A stretch of DNA of 64,000 bases, taken from the NCBI GenBank assembly GCA_964016885.1, contig OZ024745.1, positions 30,504,001 to 30,568,000 on the forward strand, read 5' to 3'. The position numbers were made by a program, and so were the translations under genes. This stretch comes from Eledone cirrhosa (taxonomy: Eukaryota). Below the pieces are notes generated by a model. That model was given only the letters and a program-made list of their open reading frames with translations, was not told where the DNA came from and did not search any database. This document shows, piece by piece, positions 28,488-40,900 of the stretch (the stretch's first letter is position 1; each line of letters opens with the position of its first letter).

Positions 28488-30678
28488 ATCATCATCACCA
28501 TCATCATCGTTTAACGTCCATGTTCCACGCTTGCATGGGTTTGGACGGGAGTTTTCCCACTTGAGGCAAGAGTGGTTGTCATTGCTCGCATAGGACTGTC
28601 TGGCGGGTTTTCTACAGCTGGATGCCCTTCCTAACACCAACCACATTTACAGTGTGGGACTGGGAGGTTTTTACCGTGTTACCTACATGGCCACATTACA
28701 GCGTGGACTGTGTGTTTTTTTGTCATGACACCTACACGATCTCATTTGTTTCGGCCTGGATGTTGTGACACCAACATAACTTTACATTGAAAGGGGCGGT
28801 GTGGATGGGGTGGGGGTGGTGGGACGGGGGTGTATTTTGTTAGAGATGCCTACTGACTGTAGTAGGTTTTACTTTGTATTTAGGTAAGGCGGGTCTTCTC
28901 TATTACTGAGTACCGCCAAAGATCTCGGTCCAGTGACATTGTCTTGGAGAGGTGTAAGTGTGTGAGGTCGGAATTTATCAGGTCGTCCCAGGTTTTTCTG
29001 GGTCTGCCTACTCCGTGGCTACCGTCTATCTTTATTGCCTTGCACTTTGTTATACAGCTGTCGTCTTTCATGTGCATCACGTGACCATACCAATGTAGCC
29101 TCCTCTCGAGTAAACATCTGATCCCTCTTATTTCTAATTTTTTCCTTAGTTCGCTTATGCTTTGCCGTTCACGTATATTACTATTACACATCCAGCGGAG
29201 CATGCAAGCTTCGTTCCTCTCTAGTCTGCGTATATCCTCTGCACACAATGCCCAGGTCTCACTGCCATGCAATATTGCTGTTCGTATGCAGGCATCATAC
29301 AACCTGCCTTTCATTTTTAGGGAGAACCCTTTAGCGGCCAATAGTGGTATAAGCTCTCTGAACTTTTTCCATCCAGTTCTGACTCTAGCTACTGTACTTT
29401 CAGAGCACCCTCCCCCACTTCTGATTTTGTCACCCAGGTAACGGAAGCTGTCCACTATTTCTATAGAACCCTCTGCGCAATTGAAAGAGCTAGTATTTTG
29501 TGGGCACTTGCTGCTACTTATTGCACCAGAGCACCGGCCACATGTAAAATCTATGTTCTTAGTTAGCTTACCTGTGATCCCACTACATCTTTTATGCACC
29601 CATACTTTGCATTTGGGACATAAAATGGAGTTTCTACCTACGCCTTTCCTACACACTGAGCATGGCCATTTCCCGGAAGGGACCGGCGCCTTATTTTCTT
29701 TCCTACAAACTAGAACTTTAGTCTTAGCCAGGTTAATTTTAAGGCCTTTTGATTCTAGGCCGTGCTTCCATGTTTGGAATTTCTTCTCTAGCTCGGCCAT
29801 TGATTCAGCTATGAGCGTTAGATAATCTGCGTATAGGAGTTCCCATGGGCAGCCGGTCTTGAACTCCACTGTTATAGCCTGAAGGGCAATAATAAATAGT
29901 AGGGGGCTAAGAACAGAGCCCTGATGAACACCAGCTTTTACGCTAAACTCTTCACTATATTCGTTGTTAATTCTAACCTTGCTGACTGTTTCTTTATACA
30001 TGGCTTGTATAGCTCTCACAAGCCATTCGTCAACCCCTAGTTTTCTAAGAGCCGACCAGATAATGGAACGGGGGACTCTGTCGAAGTCTTTCTCCAAGTC
30101 GACAAAAGCTAAGTATAGGGGTTTACTTTTAGCTAGGTACTTCTCCTGTAGTTGTCGTACAATGAAAAGAGCATCTGTGGTACTTTTGCCTGACACAAAC
30201 CCGAACTGCATTTCATCTAGATCAATTCTCTCTCTGATTAGTTGCGCTATTACGTTTTCCGTGACCTTCATGACCTGGTCGATTAATTTAATGCCTCTAT
30301 AGTTACTCCTATCTAGGGCATCTCCTTTACCCTTGTAACAGTTAATGATGATGCTGCTACGCCAGTCCTTCGGAACAACCCCATTCTCTATGACTTGGTT
30401 TACTATCCGGGTGACCATGGTGTGTCCCACCGTTCCAGAGGGTTTCATCATCTCGGCAACTATTTCCGAAGGCTCAGCCGCCTTACTCGTCTTCATATCT
30501 TTGATTGCCTTACTTATTATACTACCTTCGACTAACACTGCTGGTCCCTCTATTGGGTCGATGTGGGGGAGACTGTCTTTCTCCCATTTATTCTCCTCAT
30601 TTAGTAGCCTTTCGTAGTGACACTTCCAAGCTACCTTCTTATCAGCGTCAGTGATGGCAAGTACGCCATCATCATTAA
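28488..30678 (-). mobile_element. 5'-truncated RTE-type LINE with open RT-PHD-thumb frame
   Basis: YKGKGD...[44 protein letters not shown] (YADD altered), C4HC3 finger, FRYLG; (GAT)n tail. Confidence 0.93.
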
Positions 30679-30684
30679 GTACAC

Positions 30685-30735
<51 letters not shown>

Positions 30736-30879
30736 TATATACATATATATATACATATAAATATATATACATATATATATACATATCCATATACATATAT
30801 ATATATACATATATATACACATATATATACACATATATATATATACATATATATATATACATATATATGTATACATATA

Positions 30880-31030
30880 TGGTGACTGCCAACTCGTTTT
30901 CGAGTACGGCCACTACTTTATATCCATCTTGGAGAACCCCTACCGATGCGCTGAACGAGTAACTTTTTAGTCCAGCCAGCGACTTGAAAACTCTGGTACA
31001 AACACTACACCTGTGACAATTATTGACACA
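30880..31030 (-). mobile_element. Probable 3' end of another LINE (C-terminal zinc-finger remnant)
   Basis: [16 protein letters not shown] resembles the CxxC.R.F.S..GL.SH tail of RTE-group ORF2. Confidence 0.45.
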
Positions 31031-31274
31031 TAGTGCTGGGCCATGGTACCATGTCACGACAAGTGCAGAGAGATCTCCAGATATAAAGTAATGCCTGTGC
31101 CGTGAAGCTTTTATAGTGAGCAAAGGCACTGCACAAAGCCAGTCCCACTCTCTTAACCAAGATGATATTTACCAAAAAGAAGAACAAGTGGATACCACCA
31201 GGGTTGCAGGTGTTATATCAGAGTTTTCCTTCTCCTAGAATTCTGCCTTGACAAAGGCTAAGGGGTCATCTCTC

Positions 31275-31289
31275 ATATATATGTATATA

Positions 31290-31321
<32 letters not shown>

Positions 31322-31463
31322 CATATATATGTATATACACATATATACATATATATATATATACACATACATACATATATACATATATATACATACAAAT
31401 ATACATATATATATATATACAGATACAAATATACACATACATATATACATATACATATACACA

Positions 31464-31515
<52 letters not shown>

Positions 31516-31530
31516 CACATATATACATAT

Positions 31531-31561
<31 letters not shown>

Positions 31562-31667
31562 CATATGTATATATATATACATATATAATATATATATACA
31601 TATATATATATACATATGTATATATATATATACATATATATATATATACATATGTATATATATATAC

Positions 31668-31723
<56 letters not shown>

Positions 31724-31746
31724 GTGTGTATATATATATATGTGTG

Positions 31747-31775
<29 letters not shown>
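31275..31775. repeat. Compound TA/CA microsatellite
   Basis: Direct reading. Confidence 0.95.
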
Positions 31776-31779
<4 letters not shown>

Positions 31780-31894
31780 CCCAGGTTCAATGCAGGTTAA
31801 CCTGCAAATGAAACAGTTCTAGTCTTGTAGAAGCCATTTGTATATTATATTTTGAATACACACTACTAATATATTGAGTACTACACTGACTGTG

Positions 31895-32158
31895 GTTACT
31901 GTAGAAATGAGATGATAGGACTGGGGTCCCTATCATTCCACTGCAAAGTGGTCGTGGAGGTGCCCCGGCAAAAAAGCACCCAGCCCACACTGTAAAGTGG
32001 ATGTGTAGGCGCCACAGAAAAAAAGCACCCACCAGTCACTGTAAATGAGGTTGGTGTTAGGAAGGGCATCCAGCTGTAGAAATCACGCCAGAATCAGTTC
32101 ACATCCCACCCTTGCAAGCAGGGAAAAGCGGACGTAAAATGATGATGATGATGATGAT
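31895..32158 (+). mobile_element. SINE 3' part with RTE-like tail, same family as 24450-24737
   Basis: gaaatgagatgataggactgggg...cggacgtaaaat(gat)n. Confidence 0.78.
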
Positions 32159-33086
32159 ATATATATCGTAGTAAAATAGAAATCATATTACACATACCTG
32201 TTACATCCTTCACTAAGTATTCCTCATCTGTAGAAATTCCTTAAAAATATAATGGACTTCATTTTAATACTTAATGAAAATATTTCTACTTATGCCATAG
32301 TATACACATCACAAATATATTCCTCTTGTTAACACAGTTCATTGTCATTGAATGGATTTCTGTCCAACATAAAAATTGGGGACCATATTAGGATCTCGTC
32401 TCTCCATCTTCCATTGGGGATTCCTCAGTTTCTTTTTCTATGTGCTGGTGTCATTATGAAATGCACTCAATATGCTCTGGAGAGTGGTTGTGCTGGTGCC
32501 ACTATAAAATTCACCCATTTACACTTTATAAAGTGGTTGTGCTGTTGCCACTATAAAATGGAGTTATCACACAGTGTACAGTAGTAGTGTTAATGCCACT
32601 ATAGAATACACCCAGTACACTCTGTAGAATAGGGGAACATATGTAAGTGTGGTGCGGCCCCCAGCCTATCTGAGAGGCCAGTAGCTCCTATTAAGTACTG
32701 GCTTGGTCGATAAAGATTCGTCCAATCCTTGCTAACAAGGAAAATTAGATGTTAACTGAGGATGATGACTATATTTATGTGTGTGTTCATTTATAACTCC
32801 CAAACTTGAAAACAGTACAAACTGCAGTTGATATGATTAACTGAATCTCTTCAAGGTGGTGCCCCAGCATGACCACAGTCTAATGACTGAAACCAGTAAA
32901 AGAATAAAAGAATTTCCATAGAATATACCTTCACGTGATGATTCCATTGCTACTTTAGTTGACATTTTTCAGACACAGCAGCATTTCACATACAAAATAA
33001 AATATTTTCAAAATACATTTACAATATAATCATAAAAAAGAAAAAAAGAAAGAAAAATTAAAAAGAACGCCCCCCCCCCCCCCTTC

Positions 33087-33822
33087 TTTGGATGGTATAG
33101 CTCAACTGAGCTTTGCAGACAAAATGGCAGAAGTATTAATAGATATAAAATTTTTGGTCTGAGTCTCAGACAAGATGGTAGAAGTATCAATAGACTTGGT
33201 TGGATGGTATAGCTCAACTGAGCCTCACAGACAAGATGGTGGAAGTATCAATAGACTTGGTTGGATGGTATAGCTCAACTGAGCCTCACAGACAAGATGG
33301 TGGAAGTAGCAGTAGACTTGGTTGGATGGTATAGCTCAACTGAGCCTCACAGACAAGATGGTGGAAGTAGCAGTAGACTTGGTTGGATGGTATAGCTCAA
33401 CTGAGCCTCACAGACAAGATGGTGGAAGTAGCAGTAGACTTGGTTGGATGGTATAGCTCAACTGAGCCTCACAGACAAGATGGTGGAAGTAGCAGTAGAC
33501 TTGGTTGGATGGTATAGCTCAACTGAGCCTCACAGACAAGATGGTGGAAGTAGCAGTAGACTTGGTTGGATGGTATAGCTCAACTGAGCCTCACAGACAA
33601 GATGGTGGAAGTAGCAGTAGACTTGGTTGGATGGTATAGCTCAACTGAGCCTCACAGACAAGATGGTGGAAGTAGCAGTAGACTTGGTTGGATGGTATAG
33701 CTCAACTGAGCCTCACAGACAAGATGGTGGAAGTATTAATAGACATAAAATTATTGGTTGGATGGTATAGCTCAGTTGAGCCTCACACACATGATAGCAA
33801 AAGTATTAACAGACATAGAATT
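33087..33822. repeat. 61-bp minisatellite, about 11-12 copies, with longer diverged edge units
   Basis: Unit ttggatggtatagctcaactgagcctcacagacaagatggtggaagtagcagtagacttgg. Confidence 0.95.
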
Positions 33823-33945
33823 AAATATACACTCCCATATATATAGGGAGAGACTGTGTTATAACATTATACATTCCAGTAGAATGTATAATATATTAAA
33901 CATACAATAGTTATGGTGTATCATTATACCTTACAATAGAATATG

Positions 33946-34082
33946 CTAGCAGAATGGCCAGGTGTTGCTCGGGATTTTCTCTAGGGTTTTTATAGATTTG
34001 ATATATATTTCTCCTTATCGAGCCTCGTGAAATAAATACGTGTTTATATTTTGTTATTGTGTATGCAAAAATATCTGTACAC

Positions 34083-34125
<43 letters not shown>

Positions 34126-35330
34126 TAACAGATTAAAGTTTAAGCAAAGAATCGCTGCTTACACCCTTAACGGGATCTTCTGAAACTAAAAAAATCAATC
34201 TGTGAACACAGAAGTAAATATTTCGAAATAACTGCATTGTTTGTTACCAGGGACTATGTTGAAAAATAAATCTCATTTCGTCAGTCCATGAGTGTATCTT
34301 GGTCAGCCTATGAACTTTTCACCCAACACTCGTATCTTTACCAGTAGACCATTTAAGAAAATTTGTACTACTAGAGTAAAGACTTTATAATGTGATACAA
34401 TTTTAGTATTGTTTTTTTATTTTTTAAGGATGTCTTGCTAATGTGGTTTCATGTGGTTTGTAAATTCAAAAAATGTATCTTTTCTAGTGAACAAATCATT
34501 GTGAAAATTTGCAGTATTTGAGTAAAGACTAATATTTAATATGATGTAGTCATATTGCTGTTTTGTACTTTTCAAAAATGCTTCTTTTTTTTTGGGGGGG
34601 GGGGGGGGGCTAATGGGGTTTTGTGTGGTTTGTAAATTAAAATGTTTATATCCTTACTAGTGGACAGTTCATCATGAAAAGTTGCAGTATCAGAGTAAAG
34701 TCTTCAATTCTTTATCTGATGCAGTCGAAGTGTTGTTTTGTACTTTTCAAGAATGCATTGCTAACACAGCACAGGAATTTAAGAGTTAAACTTTCCATGA
34801 TTATATTGTAACATTGAACATGTCAATAGTATATATATATATATATACTAGCAGAATTACCCGCGCCTTGCTGCGTTTCACACATTTTTTTTATAAGATA
34901 ATGATGATTGATTTTAAATCAGTGATATAATTTATGGAGAAAAACTTTGCATTTCAATATTACTCAATGTAAAATGTAATGCATGAAAAATTGGAAAACA
35001 TTATTTTTTGTAATATATCAAATGAAAATTACATTATTAAATCTTATTCTTATTCTTATTTTGTGTGGTTTGTAATGCATGAAAAATTGGAAAACATTAT
35101 TTTTTGTAATATATCAAATGAAAATTACATTATTAAATCTTATTCTTATTTTGTTTCTTGTAAATAATTTTTTTCAAAATATCAATTCAAAATTTTTGTG
35201 AATAGGCATCATATCTCGTCATTTACCTATGGTTTAAATTTCATATAAATCGAAAAGAAAAGATATTCAGTGGGGGTTTTTGCCCCCGGGGAACCCTTTG
35301 ATTAAAATGAAATATACTTATCCAAGTACC
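33946..35330 (-). mobile_element. Two probable non-autonomous Helitron-like remnants (CTAG ends at about 33946 and 34848) with internal tandem repeats
   Basis: ctagcagaatggccaggtgttgctcggg and actagcagaattacccgcgccttgctgcg read as hairpin plus CTAG on the minus strand; about 150-175-bp degenerate repeats at 34335-34765; about 96-bp duplication at 34976-35155. Confidence 0.5.
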
Positions 35331-35364
35331 CTGAGCAATGTAGTTTCAAAATAGTCCTATACGT

Positions 35365-37280
35365 GTCTCACTCGTATAGGACTATCTGGCAGGTTTTCTA
35401 CCGCTGGATGCCCTTCCTAACACCAACAACATTTACAGTGTGGACTGGGAGCTTTTTACTGTGTTACCTACACGACCACATTACAGCGTGGACTATGTGT
35501 TTTTTTTTTTGTTGTGACATCTACACAACCTCATTAGTTTGAACTGGATATTGTGGTACGAACGTAACTTTACAGAGAGAGGGTGGTGTTGGTGGGAGTT
35601 GGAGGATGGAGTAGGGGTAGTGGATTAGGGTGTATATTTGGTTAAGAGGTGCCTACTGACTGTAGGTTTCACTTTGAACATAGGCAACGCGGGTCTTCTG
35701 TATTACTGCATGGCACCAAAGATCTTGGTCCAGTGACATTGCCTTGGAGAGGTGCAAGTGTGCAAGGTCGGAATTTATCAAATCGTCCCAGGTTTTTCTG
35801 GGTTTACCTACTCCGTAACTTCCATCAATTTTGATCGCCCTGCACTTTTTTATACAGCTGTCATCTTTCATGCACATCACGTGACCATACCAACGTAGTC
35901 TTCTCTCAAGTAAACAGCATCTGATCCCTCTTATTCCTAATTCCTCACTTAGTTCATTTATGTTTTGCCGTTCACGTATATTACTATTACACATCCAACG
36001 GAGCATGCATGCTTCATTCCTTTCCAGTCTACGCAGGTCCTCTGCACATAATGCCCATGTCTCACTGCCATGTAACATTGCTGTTCATATACAGGCATCA
36101 TACAATCTGCCTTTCATTTTGAGAGAGAAACCTTTTGTGGCCAACAGCGGTATAAGCTCTCTGAACTTTTTCCATCCAGTTCTAACTCTGGCTACTGTAC
36201 TTTCAGAACACCCTCCACCACTGCTGACTTTGTCACCCAGGTAACGGAAAGTGTCAACTATTTCTATAGAACCATCTGGGCAATAGAAGGAGCTAGTATC
36301 CTGTGGGAACTTGCTACTTATTTCACCTGAGCATCGGCCACATATAAAATCTACGTTCTTAGATAGCTTACCTGTGATCCCACTACATCTTTTATGTACC
36401 CATATTTTGCATTTGGGACATAAAATGGAATTTCTACCTACTCCTTTTCTACACACTGAGCATGGACATTTCCCAGAGGGCACCTGTGCCCTATTTTCCT
36501 TTCTACATACTAGAACTTGTCTTAGACAAGTTAACTTTAATGTTTGGAATTTCTTCTCTAGTTCAGCCATAGATTCAGCTATGAGAGTTAGATCATCTGC
36601 GTATAGAAGTTCCCATGGGCAGCCAGTCTTAAACTCCTGTTATAGCCTGAAGTGCAATAATAAATAGGAGGGGGCTAAGGACAGAGCCTTGATGAACACC
36701 AACTTTTACACTAAATTCTTCACTATATTTATTGTTAAGTCTAACCTTGTTGACTGTTTCATTATACATGGCTTGTATAATTCTCACAAGCCATTCATCT
36801 ACTCCTAGTTTTCTAAGCGCCCACCAGATAATGGAGCGGGGGACACTGTCAAAGGCTTTCTCCAAGGAAATGAGCATCTGTGGTACTTTTACCTGACACA
36901 AACCCAAACTGCATTTCATCTAGATCAATTCAATCTCTGATTAGTTATATATCTCTGATTAGTGCTATAACTCTTTCTGTGACCTTACTGACCTGGTCAA
37001 CTAACTTAATGCCTCTATAGTTTCCCCTAACTAGAGGATCTCCTTTACCCTTGTAGCAGTTAATGATGATGCTGCTACGCCAGTCATTTGGTATGACCCC
37101 ATTCTGTATTACTTGGTTTACTATCCAGGTAACCATCGTATGTCCCACCATTCCAGATTCTTTCAACATCTCAGCAACTATCTCTGAAGGCCCAGCTGCC
37201 TTGCCTGTCTTCATATCTTTGATTGCCTTACTTATTATACTACCTTTAACTTGCACCACTGGTCCCTCTATTGGATCAAT
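35365..37280 (-). mobile_element. Degenerate RTE-type LINE, same family as 28488-30678
   Basis: [43 protein letters not shown]-like finger, HGSETW; frameshifts and an internal deletion near 36870. Confidence 0.9.
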
Positions 37281-37574
37281 TTATATAAACAAAACATACA
37301 TACCTCCTGGAACTTTTGCTTTTTTCAATCCACGTACAGGAGGTTTTATTCTAATTACTGGAATGGATATAAGATCAGTTAAACAATTAGTTAATTATCA
37401 TTTTAATGAAACATCTCCCACACAACACACACTCCCTTCTATAATATATCACAGTCATGTTCCTACCAACACACATAACAGTACTCCTCTTATGATATAT
37501 CTTGTGTGTTGCACTATCATCCATATTCTACCTCCAAACTATAACACTGCCCCAGATCATTGTTTACACTTAAT

Positions 37575-37810
37575 CACTGTATGCAATAATCAAAGTCACC
37601 TAGATAGCAAAAGGTTTGTACAACTTCCAGTAAAACTTCTGAACATCTGAGAAATTTAATCTCTTGAGTATCCCTACTGTTGACTACTCCTGCACATCTA
37701 CTACACATGAAGTCTGATCTTTCCCTCAGTGTATTTGTGATCCCACTACACCTCTTGTATGCCCACAGTCTACACTGGGTACACCGTACACAGTTCCTAG
37801 TCACTCCTTT
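37575..37810 (-). mobile_element. Diverged RTE-type fragment (PHD region)
   Basis: KKGVTRNCVRCTQCRLWAYKRCSGI...FMCSRC...LEVVQTFCYLGD. Confidence 0.75.
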
Positions 37811-37924
37811 TTTGAATATTGTGTGTGTATATGTATGTTGTAAACAATGATCAACCAAGGAATTACTCGGTATAATACAAAAGCTCAGAGCATTGGAGGC
37901 TCACTAATACCAATCTCATTGGTG

Positions 37925-40900
37925 ATGTATGAAGGACACCTTAACCTAACAAAGGGTGACAATTCATAGATGTGACATTTGTGTATGAAGAACAACACTT
38001 TAACCCTTTAGCATTTACATTACTCTATATATACTATTGTATTTTTGCAGTAAAGGTTTTATCTTACAAAATTATCTGATATAATATCGAGTTTATGAGA
38101 TTTTGGTGTTATTTATTTTTAGAACAATACTTTAACATTGGTATGAGTGGCCAGTTACAGCCGGTTTGAACAGAAAGGGGTGAGAGAGTTCTGGTCGGAT
38201 ACGAGCGGCTTAAATGCTAAAGGGTTAACCTCAACAAAGCGCGACAATTCATAGATGTGACATCTGTGTATGAAGAACAACACTTTAACCTCAACAAAGG
38301 GTGACAATTCATAGATGTGACATCTGCGTATGAAGAACAACACTTTAACCTCAACAAAGGTGACAATCCATAGATGTGACATCTGTGTATGAAGAACAAC
38401 ACTTTAACGTCAACAAAGGAGGACAATTCATAGATGTGACATCTGTGTATGAAGAACAACACTTTAACCTCAACAAAGGGTGACAATTCATAGATGTGAC
38501 ATCTGTGTATGAAGACCAACACTTTAACCTCAACAAAGGGTGACAATCCATAGATGTGACATCTGTGTATGAAGAACAACACTTTAACCTCAACAAAGGG
38601 TGACAATTCATAGATGTGACATCTGTGTATGAAGAACAACACTTTAACCTCAACAAAGGGTGACAATTCATAGATGTGACATCTGTGTATGAAGAACAAC
38701 ACTTTAACCTCAACAAAGGGTGACAATCCATAGATGTGACATCTGTGTATGAAGAACAACACTTTAACCTCAACAAAGGGTGACTATTCATAGATGTGAC
38801 ATCTGTGTATGAAGAACAACACTTTAACCTCAACAAAGGGTGACAATCCATAGATGTGACATCTGTGTATGAAGAACAACACTTTAACCTCAACAAAGGG
38901 TGACAATCCATAGATGTGACATCTGTGTATGAAAAACAACACTTTAACCTCAACAAAGGGTGACAATTCATAGATGTGACATCTGAGTATGAAGAACAAC
39001 ACTTTAACCTCAACAAAGGGTGACAATTCATAGATGTGACATCTGAGTATGAAGAACAACACTTTAACCTTAACAAAGGGTGACAATCCATAGATGTGAC
39101 ATCTGTGTATGAAGAACAACACTTTAACCTCAACAAAGGTGACAATTCATAGATGTGACATCTGAGTATGAAGAACAACAGTTTAACCTCAACAAAGGGT
39201 GACAATTCATAGATGTGACATCTGTGTGTGAAGAACAACACTTTAACCTCAACGAAGGTGACAATTCATAGATGTGACATCTGTGTATTAAGAACAACAC
39301 TTTAACCTCAACAAAGAGTGACAATTCATAGATGTGACATCTGTGTATGAAGAACAACACTTTAACCTCAACAAAGGTGACAATTCATAGATGTGACATC
39401 TGTGTATGAAGAACAACACTTTAACCTCAACAAAGAGTGACAATTCATAGATGTGACATCTGTGTATGAAGAACAACACTTTAACCTCAACAAAGGGCGA
39501 CAATTCATAGATGTGACATCTGTGTATGAAGAACAACACTTTAACCTCAACAAAGGGTGACAATTCATAGATGTGACATCTGTGTATGAAGAACAACACT
39601 TTAACCTCAACAAAGGGCGACAATTCATAGATGTGACATCTGTGTATGAAGAACAACAGTTTAACGTCAACAAAGAGTGACATTTCATAGATGTGACATC
39701 TGTGTATGACGAACAACACTTTAACCTCAACAAAGGGTGACAATTCATAGATGTGACATCTGTGTATGAAGAACAACACTTTAACCTCAACAAAGGGCGA
39801 CAATTCATAGATGTGACATCTGTGTATGAAGAACAACATTTTAACCTCAACAAAGAGTGACATTTCATAGATGTGACATCTGTGTATGAAGAACAACACT
39901 TTAACCTCAGCAAAGAGCGACAATTCATAGATGTGACATCTGTGTATGAAGAACAACAGTTTAACCTCAACAAAGGGCGACAATTCATAGATGTGACAGC
40001 TGTGTATGAAGAACAACACTTTAACCTCAACAAAGGGCGACAATTCATAGATGTGACATCTGTGTATGAAGAACAACACTTTAACCTCAACAAAGGGCGA
40101 CAATTCATAGATGTGACATCTGTGTATGAAGAACAACACTTTAACCTCAACAAAGGGTGACAATTCATAGATGTGACATCTGTGTATGAAGAACAACACT
40201 TTAACCTTAACAAACAAAGGGAGACAATTCATAGATGTGACATCTGTGTATGAAGAACAACACTTTAACCTCAACAAAGGGCGACAATTCATAGATGTGA
40301 CATCTGTGTATGAAGAACAACACTTTAACCTCAACAAAGGGCGACGATTCATAGATGTGACATCTGTGTATGAAGAACAACACTTTAACCTCAACAAAGG
40401 GTGACAATTCATAGATGTGACATCTGTGTATGAAGAACAACACTTTAACCTCAACAAAGGGTGACAATTCATAGATGTGACATCTGAGTATGAAGAACAA
40501 CACTTTAACCTCAACAAAGGGTGACAATTAATAGATGTTACATCTGTGTATGAAGAACAACACTTTAACCTCAACAAAGGGTGACAATTCATAGATGTGA
40601 CATCTCAGTATGAGGAACAACACTTTAACCTCAACAAAGGGTGACAATTCATAGATGTGACATCTGTGTATGAAGAACAACACTTTAACCTCAACAAAGG
40701 GTGACAATTCATAGATGTGACATCTGTGTATGAAGAACAACACTTTAACCTCAACAAAGGTGACAATTCATAGATGTGACATCTGTGTATGAAGAACAAC
40801 ACTTTAACCTCAACAAAGAGTGACAATTCATAGATGTGACATCTGTGTATGAAGAACAACACTTTAACCTCAACAAAGGGCGACAATTCATAGATGTGAC

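Noticed and set aside
28880-31129. 749-aa intact RT gene with a novel N-terminus
   Set aside because: Chimeric read-through of an unrelated fragment and (TA)n into a 5'-truncated RTE; no APE domain and catalytic YADD is YADY
32160-33080. Host gene exon in apparently unique sequence
   Set aside because: No convincing ORF or domain; contains decayed SINE-like pieces. A small exon cannot be excluded without RNA data.
33087-33822. CRISPR array or tRNA gene cluster
   Set aside because: Units are identical with no spacers; no B-box or cloverleaf
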